Assembly: GCA_017631705.1 (NCBI GenBank)
Contig: JAGBSU010000190.1
Location: forward strand, 1 to 30,775
DNA length: 30,775 bases
Direction of reading: 5' to 3'
Source: Clostridia bacterium
GTDB taxonomy: Bacteria > Bacillota > Clostridia > Oscillospirales > Acutalibacteraceae
Under the pieces are notes generated by a model, which did not search any database, was not told the DNA's origin, and was given only the letters and a program-made list of their open reading frames with translations. Every line of letters begins with the position of its first letter. The first letter of the stretch is position 1. Made by a program: the position numbers and the translations under genes. This document shows positions 1 through 9,300 of this stretch, piece after piece.

Positions 1-654
1 CGATAATTGCGCTATCAATTCCTTTACCTCTTGCCGATGCGTTTTCCCATCAACCGGACATCGCGACGGCAGTACCGGTAATTGATTTTTTCTGACAAAC
101 GCTTCGATTTCCCGTTCTTTCAAAAAAATCAGCGGACGAATTAGCGTAACATCGGAACGGTCTAAATAGCTTTTCGGCGAAAAACAACCGAGCGTTCCGC
201 CGGACAACAAATTCATCAGTACCGTTTGTGCCGCATCGTCTTGATGATGCCCCAACGCTACCGTATGACATCCCGCCTCGACAGCCAAGCGATGCAGTGT
301 CCCCCGACGCAATCGCGCACACATACTGCACGGCATTTCATTAGCGGTAATGTGCTGTTGTACCGCCTCCCACAATTGTGTACGCTTTACGATGTACGGC
401 ACATTGAGTTGTTCACACAATGCAGCAAGTTTTGTGTAATCGCCTTGCTCGCCATTAAAGCACGGATCAACCGTGATGGCTGTCAAGGAAAAAGGGTGTG
501 GATAAAACCGTCGCAGTTGTGCCAACAACACAAGTAGCGCCACACTGTCTTTTCCGCCCGAAACTCCCACCGCCACGTTGTCACCGGCTTGTATCATGCG
601 GTAGGTATCCACCGCCGCCCGAAACGGCGACAACAAGTCGTGTTTCTCCGCCAT
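1..654 (-). CDS. ttcA: TtcA-family PP-loop ATPase (tRNA 2-thiocytidine biosynthesis-like), 3' end outside window
   Basis: Not in the ORF track. Manual translation from ATG 654 (RBS GAGGTG) gives MAEKHDLLSPFRAAVDTYRMIQAGDNVAVGVSGGKDS...PCSMCARLRRG...ALGHHQDD...LIRPLIF...SRCPVDG. The frame is open to base 1 and shows the PP-loop SGGKDS, CxxC and GHHxDD motifs. Confidence 0.85.
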   Translation of the reverse strand, partial: MAEKHDLLSPFRAAVDTYRMIQAGDNVAVGVSGGKDSVALLVLLAQLRRFYPHPFSLTAITVDPCFNGEQGDYTKLAALCEQLNVPYIVKRTQLWEAVQQHITANEMPCSMCARLRRGTLHRLAVEAGCHTVALGHHQDDAAQTVLMNLLSGGTLGCFSPKSYLDRSDVTLIRPLIFLKEREIEAFVRKNQLPVLPSRCPVDGKTHRQEVKELIAQLS

Positions 655-684
655 GTTTTCACCTCTTATATCAAACTAAAACAA

Positions 685-713
685 TACGGCGGGAAGCGTT
701 GCTTCCCGCCGTA
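685..713 (-). terminator. Intrinsic terminator after ftsZ
   Basis: Perfect 13-bp stem TACGGCGGGAAGC/GCTTCCCGCCGTA with a 3-nt loop, followed by TTGTTTTAGTTT on the minus strand. Confidence 0.85.
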
Positions 714-724
714 AAACAGTTTAT

Positions 725-1786
725 TTATTGCGGTCTTCTGCGGAACATATCCAACAATTCGCTGTCGTCGTAATCGCTGGAATCGGTGCCGCCTTTTCCG
801 TCTTCCGTGGGTGGAACGTAGGAACCGTCACCGGAGAAACCAGTGGCAATCAACGTGATGCACAAGGAATCGTCCATATCCTCATTAAAGGTAAGACCCC
901 AAATGATGTTGGCATCGGGATGTGCCGCATCGGAAATCAAGTTGCAAGCCACATCCACGTCTTCCAACGGGATATCCGGCGAAGCCGTCACGTTAATAAT
1001 CAAGCCGCGAGCACCGTTGATGGTGGTTTCGAGCAACGGGCTGGCAATAGCTGCACGAGCCGCTGCTTCGGCTTTATCTTTTCCTTCGGCACGACCGATA
1101 CCCATGTGAGCATGGCCGGCATCTTTCATAACCGCGGTAACATCGGCAAAGTCGAGGTTAATTGCTGCTTCGGCAGTAATCAATTCCGAAATGGATTGTA
1201 CGCCTTGACGCAACATGCTGTCTGCTTCTTGGAACGCATTTGCCAAGGTGATGCGTTGTTCGCTGACCAATTTCAAGCGCTCGTTGGGGATAACCACCAA
1301 GCTATCCACATGCTCACGCAACACAGCAATACCGTTTTCTGCTTGCTCCATACGGCGGCGTCCCTCAAATGCAAAGGGTTTGGTAACAATACCCACCGTG
1401 AGAATGCCCATATCACGAGCAATCTCCGCGACAACAGGAGCCGCACCGGTACCGGTACCGCCACCCATGCCGGCTGTGATAAACACCATGTCGGTACCTT
1501 TAAGAGCGGCTGTGATTTCGTCACGGCTCTCTTCGGCGGCACGCTGACCCTTTTCAGGGCTGGCACCGGCACCCATACCACGGGTTAATTTTTCACCGAT
1601 TTGTAATTTTTGTGTTGCTTGCGAACGCAACAAGGCTTGATGGTCTGTGTTAATGGCAATAAATTCTACGCCCTTAATTCCGGCAGAAATCATGCGGTTT
1701 ACAGCATTTCCGCCGCCACCACCGACACCGATTACTTTAATTTGAACGCCGGTATCCAAGACCTCATCTTCGTATTCAAAGCCCAT
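725..1786 (-). CDS. ftsZ: Cell division protein FtsZ
   Basis: [18 protein letters not shown]-terminus, tubulin signature [17 protein letters not shown]; RBS AGGAGG. Confidence 0.99.
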   Translation of the reverse strand: MGFEYEDEVLDTGVQIKVIGVGGGGGNAVNRMISAGIKGVEFIAINTDHQALLRSQATQKLQIGEKLTRGMGAGASPEKGQRAAEESRDEITAALKGTDMVFITAGMGGGTGTGAAPVVAEIARDMGILTVGIVTKPFAFEGRRRMEQAENGIAVLREHVDSLVVIPNERLKLVSEQRITLANAFQEADSMLRQGVQSISELITAEAAINLDFADVTAVMKDAGHAHMGIGRAEGKDKAEAAARAAIASPLLETTINGARGLIINVTASPDIPLEDVDVACNLISDAAHPDANIIWGLTFNEDMDDSLCITLIATGFSGDGSYVPPTEDGKGGTDSSDYDDSELLDMFRRRPQ

Positions 1787-1863
1787 GGAACTTCCTCCTA
1801 CCTTTTATTTCTCAGCTGAAACTGTTTGTTGAAAAGGATTTTTCTAATAATTTAGTATATTAC

Positions 1864-1892
1864 ATTATACCTTTTCTATTCTATCATGTCAA
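1864..1892 (-). promoter_or_regulatory. Sigma-A promoter of ftsZ
   Basis: Exact consensus TTGACA-N17-TATAAT on the minus strand, between ftsQ and ftsZ. Confidence 0.85.
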
Positions 1893-1935
1893 CCCTATGA
1901 TTTCAACAGTATTTTATAAAATTTTTTGGTGTTTT

Positions 1936-2910
1936 TTAACGATTTTGTGAAGTCGTTGTCGTTTGCGAGGGTTTTGTCGAAGACCCGGCGCCATTTGATG
2001 TCGTTGTCGACGTGTTGTCTTCCTCTTCTTGCTTTTTGTCTTCCTCTTCTTTTTCTAACAACGACGACGGCGTGAAAATAACCGTCGGTGCTTCCACCGT
2101 ACTATCGGAATATAAACTGACATTCAACAGACCGGTTACAGTTTCTCCGTGGCGTGCAAGCACTTTCGGTAGCGTGCTTGCTACCACCGCCACCTCATAA
2201 CTCAAGTTGGAATCGTTGCCCATCGCAATGGTGATTTGATTCTTCCAATTTAATCGAATGTCGTTGGGATTGCTCATATCAATGACACCGACACCGTCGA
2301 TTTTATACTGCTCCAATGCCACACTCAATTGCTTGGCTATCGACAAACTGCGTTCGCTCAGCATAGGATTCCCCGCTTTGTCGAAAACCACTTCGGCGCC
2401 CTTCAAGTAAACCTTCCTCAGCGGTCGCTCACTGCACAACGGCATAGAAATAATGCCTTTCCCATTATGGTCAACCACCAGCCAAGCACCGCCTTCGGTG
2501 TAAACGGCACCCAATTCGGGAACCTCTTTAATTCGCAAAGTCACTTCACGGCGAAGATTGACACTCACATCAGCAGCTTCCACATACGAAAAAGCTTTTC
2601 GCAATCGCTTGGAAACTTGTCCCTTGCTCACCGAAAAAACACTTTGTCCCTCGGCAAGTCCGCTGACACCTAACAGAGCCTCTGTGTCGTATCGGGTATT
2701 CCCCTCTACCGTAATACGGGTAATTCCCAACATGTTTTTCTTCTTTTCTTCTGTTTCGGCATCGTTACCAAATGCCGCCGGGAACAGAACGATTATCAGT
2801 ACCAACAACAAAACATTCAATATCGAAAGCACGGCAAACAGCCGGAAGCGTATTTTTTTCTGCTTCTGGCTGTTTTTACGACGTGTCTTTTTTGGTGACC
2901 GTTGCTTCAT
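1936..2910 (-). CDS. ftsQ: FtsQ/DivIB-type POTRA-domain cell division protein
   Basis: Basic N-terminus, single TM helix, POTRA-like ITRITVEGNTRY...EGQSVF segment, located directly upstream of ftsZ. Start placed at ATG 2910 after RBS AGGAG. Confidence 0.8.
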   Translation of the reverse strand: MKQRSPKKTRRKNSQKQKKIRFRLFAVLSILNVLLLVLIIVLFPAAFGNDAETEEKKKNMLGITRITVEGNTRYDTEALLGVSGLAEGQSVFSVSKGQVSKRLRKAFSYVEAADVSVNLRREVTLRIKEVPELGAVYTEGGAWLVVDHNGKGIISMPLCSERPLRKVYLKGAEVVFDKAGNPMLSERSLSIAKQLSVALEQYKIDGVGVIDMSNPNDIRLNWKNQITIAMGNDSNLSYEVAVVASTLPKVLARHGETVTGLLNVSLYSDSTVEAPTVIFTPSSLLEKEEEDKKQEEEDNTSTTTSNGAGSSTKPSQTTTTSQNR

Positions 2911-2932
2911 ACCCACTCCTGCTTTTGGCGTG

Positions 2933-4285
2933 TTATCGTTCTTGTAGCGGTGTATACTCTTTTGCTTTGCTAAACGGCTTGTACGCCGGACGGATAATCC
3001 GCCCTCCTGTCAGCATTTCCTCGATACGGTGAGCGCACCATCCGCTGATTCGCGCCACCGCAAACAACGGGGTAAACAATTCTTCCGGAATACTGAGCGA
3101 ACGGTATACCAAACCGGAATACATGTCAACGTTTGCACAAACCGCTTTGTCAATACCGCGTACCTTTGCCATCAACTCCGGCGTTAATTTTTCCACGGTT
3201 TCCAACAAGTGGAACTCTTCTCCGTAACCGCGATCGTACGCCATGCGTTTTGCCTCTTGTTTCAACAAAACCGCACGCGGGTCGGACAAGGTATACACCG
3301 CATGGCCCATACCGTAAATAAGACCCGAACCGTCGTTCGCTTCACGCTTCAAAATTTTGGTCAGATACGCAGCAACCTCGTCCTCGTCATCCCAATTACT
3401 GACGTGCGCCTTGATATCTTCCAACATCTCTATAACTTTCATGTTCGCGCCACCGTGACGCGGACCCTTCAATGAACCGATTGCCGCGGCAATTGCCGAA
3501 TACGTATCCGTACCCGAAGATGCCAACACGCGCGTAGCAAAAGCAGAGTTGTTACCGCCGCCGTGTTCAGCATGCAACATCAAACATAAGTCCAACAACT
3601 TGGCTTCCTCGTCGGTGTATTTACCACCGGAACGAATGGTACGAAGCACCGTTTCCGAAGTTGAAAGACCCGGCAACAACGGACGAATCGACATGGTTTT
3701 GTTGTCGTAATGACGACGTTTTACTTGATAAGCATATCCCAAAATCGTCGGCAACATGGCAATCAACTCGATGCATTGACGCAACATGTTTTCCAAATCG
3801 GTCGCTTCCGGATTGTCATCGTAAGAATACAGTGCGAGCACCGACCGCGACAACTTATTCATGATATTCGGCGAAGGTGCTTTAATAATCATATCCTCGG
3901 CAAAATACCCCGGCAGTTCCCGATTTTCCGCTAACAACTTGCTGAAATCCGCCAATTGCTCTGCCGTAGGTAACACACCGAACAACAACAAAAACACGAC
4001 CTCTTCAAACCCAAAACGGCCTTGTCCGTGGCTGCCCGCTACCAAATCTTCAATATTATATCCGCGATATGTAAGCGCACCCTTGTCGGGACATTTTTCG
4101 CCCTCGGACAACACGTAGCCGTGTACGTTACAAATGCGCGTTATTCCCGCCACTACACCGGTGCCGTCTGCGTTACGCAACCCGCGTTTTATATCACCAC
4201 CGGCATATTTTTCTACCGAAACGTAGTTATTTTCTCTAACGTGTTCGCATAAACTTTTAAAAATTTCCTTTTTCTCTGAAAACAT
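2933..4285 (-). CDS. gltA: Citrate synthase (citrate/2-methylcitrate synthase family)
   Basis: LHAEHGGGNNS, GPRHGGAN, YGMGHAVY and ANVDMYSG motifs. Confidence 0.95.
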   Translation of the reverse strand: MFSEKKEIFKSLCEHVRENNYVSVEKYAGGDIKRGLRNADGTGVVAGITRICNVHGYVLSEGEKCPDKGALTYRGYNIEDLVAGSHGQGRFGFEEVVFLLLFGVLPTAEQLADFSKLLAENRELPGYFAEDMIIKAPSPNIMNKLSRSVLALYSYDDNPEATDLENMLRQCIELIAMLPTILGYAYQVKRRHYDNKTMSIRPLLPGLSTSETVLRTIRSGGKYTDEEAKLLDLCLMLHAEHGGGNNSAFATRVLASSGTDTYSAIAAAIGSLKGPRHGGANMKVIEMLEDIKAHVSNWDDEDEVAAYLTKILKREANDGSGLIYGMGHAVYTLSDPRAVLLKQEAKRMAYDRGYGEEFHLLETVEKLTPELMAKVRGIDKAVCANVDMYSGLVYRSLSIPEELFTPLFAVARISGWCAHRIEEMLTGGRIIRPAYKPFSKAKEYTPLQER

Positions 4286-4314
4286 GACTTTGCCCCTTTT
4301 CGATAGTACTATTC

Positions 4315-4344
4315 ATTATACTTTATCTGTTGCGGTCTTGTCAA
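4315..4344 (-). promoter_or_regulatory. Sigma-A promoter of gltA(-ftsQ)
   Basis: TTGACA-N18-TATAAT on the minus strand, about 30 nt upstream of the gltA ATG. Confidence 0.75.
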
Positions 4345-4483
4345 CACCCCAAATCGTCAAAATTCCAAAAAACGCAATTTTATCATCTCAAAATTGCATA
4401 TTTTACCAAAAGTTTCCGCATTCTCTGCTTTTTTTGCAGTTTTGTTTTCCTTTTTTATCATTTTTTTGCAAGAGGTGGCTTTT

Positions 4484-5467
4484 ATGAAAACCTATACCTT
4501 ACTTTCCTTGTTGTGCTATTTCTTATTGTCAGTTCTCCCACTTCCGCTACTAAAAACACCAGTGGCGGCCAAGCCTCCCGAAGAAAAAATCGAGACAAGC
4601 ACAAGCACCGAAAAAGCCGAGGAAAAGGAACCCGTATCGGAGATGTTTAAAGTGTTGGACACCGGCGGCAACGCTTTGTATTCTTTTACACAACGTGATT
4701 TTTTGATTTACACGGTTGCCGCCGAAATGCCCGCATCCTATCCTACCGAAGCGTTAAAAGCGCAAGCGGTTGCTTCTTACACGTATTTCACCTATGAAAA
4801 ACAAAAAAACACCGGTAACAGTGCTTTGCAAGGGGCAGATTTTTCCTCTGTCCCCAACTCATTCCCCACCACCTACTCGCCCGAAGGACTAAAAAAACTA
4901 TGGGGCGAACAATACGACACCTATCTTCAAAAAATCGCCGCGGCTGTCGATACCGTTTTGGGAGAACGGCTACTATATAACAACCAACCGATTTTTGCCG
5001 CCTATCACAGTTGTAATTGGGGACGGACCGAAAGTTCAGCCGTCGTGTGGGGCACCGATTTCCCCTATCTACAATCGGTAGCCAGCGGCGGCGATTCCCT
5101 GTCACCGCGTGCTACGGCTTCCGTTACCGTACCCGACAACCAATTTGCCGCCGCCTTCCCAAAACTTTCCCTTGCCGACAATGCTGACACTTGGATTGCC
5201 GGCACACCGACGCTTTCTCCTGCCGGCTCGGTTGTCAGCCTATCTATCGGCGGCACCGCCGTTTCCGGCAAAGCAATACGCGAAGCCTTTTCGCTGCCAT
5301 CAACCTGCTTTACCGTGTCGCATACAAAAGACGGTTTTGTGTTTTCCGTCAAAGGTTACGGTCACGGTGTCGGTATGAGTCAATTCGGTGCCAAGGTCAT
5401 GGCAGAACAAGGACTTTCTTACAAGGAAATTTTGCACCACTATTATACCGGTGTCACACTTGCTTAG
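4484..5467 (+). CDS. spoIID: Stage II sporulation protein D (SpoIID/LytB lytic transglycosylase)
   Basis: AEMPASYPTEALKAQAVASYTY and GYGHGVGMSQFGA motifs, N-terminal hydrophobic helix; ATG 4484 follows RBS GAGGTG. Confidence 0.9.
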   Translation: MKTYTLLSLLCYFLLSVLPLPLLKTPVAAKPPEEKIETSTSTEKAEEKEPVSEMFKVLDTGGNALYSFTQRDFLIYTVAAEMPASYPTEALKAQAVASYTYFTYEKQKNTGNSALQGADFSSVPNSFPTTYSPEGLKKLWGEQYDTYLQKIAAAVDTVLGERLLYNNQPIFAAYHSCNWGRTESSAVVWGTDFPYLQSVASGGDSLSPRATASVTVPDNQFAAAFPKLSLADNADTWIAGTPTLSPAGSVVSLSIGGTAVSGKAIREAFSLPSTCFTVSHTKDGFVFSVKGYGHGVGMSQFGAKVMAEQGLSYKEILHHYYTGVTLA

Positions 5468-6170
5468 AGCGTACCTTTAACAGTAGTTTTTCTATCCAAC
5501 CTTTTTTGAATTTCAGTGAAACATATCCAACCAGAGAAATCACCAGTGCTCCAAACGCATCCACCATCAAATCCTCCATGGTATCCGCAACCGCCGACCG
5601 ACCGAGCAATGGCGTTCCGTCGCTAAGCGAATGTTTTTGCATGTTCATTTGCAAAACACCGTCGGCTACAAACTCGTAGATTTCCCACACCACATCTACT
5701 GCCATCGCAAAAGAAAAGGCAAAAATCGCAACAAACACCGGACTGAGTGTCACGGGAACGCGGTCACTTTTGTTCAAAAGACTTAATACCGAAAACCCTA
5801 ATGCACCCAAAGCCACACCGCTGAAGGTGTGTAAAATGGTATCCCACCGCGGAATTAAATAATAAAAACCGCGTACCTCGCCCAAATAAATGGCACAGTA
5901 CAAAAAAACAACATATAAAATCATCATACCCGACGGGATTTCCAAACCCCATTTGCGGTTTAACCATTTCGGCAGCAGCATCGCCGCAATACCGAGCAAA
6001 CATTGCAACAACATCAACACATAGTCACTTTTAAGGCGTATATATCCTTCGGTCGGTATCGACGGTGCTTTCCACATAGAAATACCAACCACCACCGCCG
6101 ACGATACCATTGTGACAAACACGACGATGGAAATAACCGTTTGCCACGGTATCTTTCTTTTTTCTTTCAC
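5454..6170 (-). CDS. Integral membrane protein, DUF2238/YjdF-like
   Basis: About 6 hydrophobic helices with WDTILHTFSG, WEIYEF and DTMEDL segments; GTG start with RBS GGGAGG. Family assigned from memory only. Confidence 0.6.
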   Translation of the reverse strand: MKEKRKIPWQTVISIVVFVTMVSSAVVVGISMWKAPSIPTEGYIRLKSDYVLMLLQCLLGIAAMLLPKWLNRKWGLEIPSGMMILYVVFLYCAIYLGEVRGFYYLIPRWDTILHTFSGVALGALGFSVLSLLNKSDRVPVTLSPVFVAIFAFSFAMAVDVVWEIYEFVADGVLQMNMQKHSLSDGTPLLGRSAVADTMEDLMVDAFGALVISLVGYVSLKFKKGWIEKLLLKVRSKQV

Positions 6171-6290
6171 AAAGCCTGCCTCCCATCCATACTATTATAT
6201 AAGTATACACCACAAAAAACCCCGTTCAACGGCAAAATTGTAAATTTTTACACATCGGCATGCTGTCCCCCCGAAAATTACAACAATAGC

Positions 6291-6328
6291 AAAATCGGGC
6301 ATTCGAAGAATTTCGGATGCCCGATTTT
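6291..6328. terminator. Terminator-like hairpin, possibly bidirectional
   Basis: AAAATCGGGCAT...ATGCCCGATTTT stem; the longer T-run is on the + strand. Confidence 0.55.
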
Positions 6329-6340
6329 TTGTTTGTAAAA

Positions 6341-6376
6341 AACCGCGCCTCAACAGGCATCTGTTGGGGCGCGGTT
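6341..6376 (-). terminator. Intrinsic terminator after PFOR
   Basis: 16-bp stem AACCGCGCCTCAACAG/CTGTTGGGGCGCGGTT (one imperfect position), followed by a T-run on the minus strand. Confidence 0.8.
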
Positions 6377-6394
6377 CCTTTGTTTTAGTTACCT

Positions 6395-9300
6395 TTATTC
6401 GTTGTAGAGCGCTTGCAATTTGAGCAAGTGGTCATAACGTTTCATCGCGGTTTGTTCGGCTTCCGTGAACAATGCTTCAGCGCGTTCGGGGAAGGAACGA
6501 GTCAGCGAGGAATAACGAGCTTCGTTCATGATAAAGTCACGATAGCTGGTGGTCGGTGCCTTGCTGTCGATAACGAATTTCTTGTCAGCCGCAGGATTGA
6601 AGCGGAACATATTCCAATAGCCGCAATCCACAGCCTTCTTCATTTCGGCTTGGCAGTTCACCATGCCACCCTTGATGCTGTGCATCTCGCAGGGAGCGTA
6701 ACCGATAATGAGCGACGGACCCGGATAGGCTTCGGCTTCGGCAATCGCTTTCACCGTTTGGTTCATATCGGCACCCATGGCGATTTGAGCAACATACACA
6801 TAACCGTAGGACATGGCAATTTCGGCTAAGCTCTTCTTCTCAATGGCTTTACCGGCAGCGGCAAATTGTGCCACTTGACCGATTTGAGATGCCTTGGAAG
6901 CTTGACCACCGGTGTTGGAGTACACTTCGGTATCGAATACCATGATGTTAACATCTTCACCGGAAGCCAACACGTGGTCCACACCACCAAAGCCGATGTC
7001 GTATGCCCAACCGTCACCACCGAAAATCCACACAGATTTCTTAGAGAGGTATTCTCTGTGTTCGTACACGTCTTTTGCCAAATCGCACACGTCGGCGATT
7101 TTTTCTATTTCGGCAACCAGCGCTTTCGTAGCAGCGGTGTTCTTAGCACCGTCGTTAACAGTGTTCAAATATTCTTCCGCAACGGCTTTGAATTCAGCCG
7201 AAGCTTTGTCGGAAGCGGCCATTTCTTGCACTTCGTCAATCAAACGATTGCGAACGGCTTTTTGACCCAAATACATACCGAAGCCATGTTCAGCGTTGTC
7301 TTCAAACAAGGAGTTTGCCCAAGCCGGACCGTGACCGTCTTTGTTAACGGTGTACGGCGAGGTAGCGGCAGGACCGCCCCAGATGGACGAACAACCGGTA
7401 GCATTGGAGATATACATTCTATCACCGAACAATTGCGTAATCAAACGAGCGTACGCGGTTTCGGCACAGCCGGCGCAGGAACCGGAGAATTCTAACAAGG
7501 GTTGTTTGTATTGGCTGCTGATAACGGTGTTACCTTGTACTTCCGGTTTCTCGGAAACCTTTTCAACACAGTAATCAAATACTGCTTGTTGGTCTTCTTG
7601 CGATTCGCGAGAAACCATGGTCAAGGAATTGGTCGGGCAAACGCCAACGCAAACGCCGCAACCCATACAATCCATCGGCGAAACTGCCAAGGTGTAAGTG
7701 TAGTTGGTTTTAATCACCGGTTTCGGTGCTTTTCTCATGTTTGCGGGAGCAGCCGCCACTTCTTCCTCACTCAAAGCGAAGGGTCGAATGGTCGCATGCG
7801 GGCAAACAAAAGCACACTTGTTACATTTGGCACAGGTGTCTTCGTTCCACTCGGGAACCATCACGGCAACGCCGCGTTTTTCGTAAGCGGAAGCGCCTTG
7901 TTCAAACGTACCGTCGGCATGGTCCACAAATGCGGAAACCGGCAACGCGTCACCGTTCATCTTGCCCACAGGTTCCATGATGCTGTCTACCATCTTCACC
8001 AGCTTGGCAGGACCGTTTTTGGCAGGAGCTTCAGCATCGTCTTTTGCTTTTGCCCAAGCGGCAGGAACGTCAATTTTCACAAACGCAGTAGCGCCGGCAT
8101 CAATCGCCTTGTGATTCATTTCCACAATGTCCATACCCTTTTTAGAGTAGGATTTGGTGGCGGCATCTTTCATGTGTTGGATAGCTTCTTCTTGCGGCAT
8201 TACCTTTGCCAAGGTGAAGAAAGCGGATTGCAAAATGGTGTTGGTACGTTTGCCCATACCGATTTGCATTGCCAAGTCAATCGCATTGACGGTATACAAC
8301 TGAATATTGTTTTTGGCAATGTAACGTTTGGCTTCTGCCGGCAAATGGCGTTCTAATTCCTCGGCAGACCATTGGCAGTTAATCATAAACACACCGCCGG
8401 GTTTCACGTCGTTGACCATTTTGTAGCCTTTAACCACATAAGAGGGGTTATGGCAAGCCACGAAGTCGGCTTTGTTGATGTAATACGGACTCTTAATCGG
8501 TTGGTCACCGAAACGCAAGTGCGAAATGGTGATACCGCCGGTTTTCTTAGAGTCGTATTGGAAATATGCTTGCACATATTTGTCGGTGTGGTCACCGATG
8601 ATTTTGATGGAGTTTTTGTTAGCGCCAACGGTACCGTCACCACCCAAGCCCCAGAATTTGCATTCGATGGTGCCTTCGGCAGCGGTGTTGGGAGCTTCTT
8701 TTTCCGGCAACGACAAGTTGGTTACGTCGTCGACGATGCCCAGGGTGAACTGTGCTTTCGGGCATTTTTTCTTCATTTCGCTGTACACGGCAAAAATGCT
8801 GGAAGGAGGAGTGTCCTTCGAACCCAAACCGTAACGGCCGCCGATAACTTTCACTTTGGAGCGACCTTGTGCTGCCAAAGCGGCAACAACGTCCAAGTAA
8901 AGCGGTTCGCCCAAAGCGCCGGGCTCTTTGGTTCTGTCGAGAACAGCGATGGTTTTCGCAGTGGCAGGAATGGCTGCAGCAAAACGTTCTGCCGAGAACG
9001 GACGATACAAACGCACTTTTACCAAACCAACTTTTTCGCCGGCGGCAGTCAGGTAGTCGATAACTTCTTCGGCAACGTCGCAGATGGAGCCCATCGCCAC
9101 AATGACACGGTCAGCATCCGGAGCGCCGTAGTAGTTGAAGAGTTGATAATCGGTACCCAACTTCTCGTTAACTTTGCCCATGTATTCTTCTACGATACCG
9201 GGAACGGCATCGTAATAAGCGTTGCAGGCTTCACGGTGTTGGAAGAAGATATCGCCGTTTTCGTGCGAACCACGCATTACCGGATGTTCCGGATTGAGCG

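Noticed and set aside
50-773. ORF-track calls 50-331, 226-537 and 498-773
   Set aside because: They overlap the real TtcA-family frame and the ftsZ terminator, and have no recognisable features.
1975-1981. Perfect Spo0A box TGTCGAA upstream of the ftsZ promoter
   Set aside because: It lies inside the ftsQ coding sequence, and the same 7-mer recurs within other genes (for example near 2320 and 24590), which is consistent with chance.
4360-4410. Sigma-E promoter for spoIID (GCATATTT as -10)
   Set aside because: Expected biologically, but no convincing -35 at the right spacing was seen, so it was not listed as a feature.
6171-6290. yjdF-type riboswitch ahead of the DUF2238/YjdF-like gene
   Set aside because: No recognisable conserved aptamer sequence; the region is AT-rich and promoter-like.
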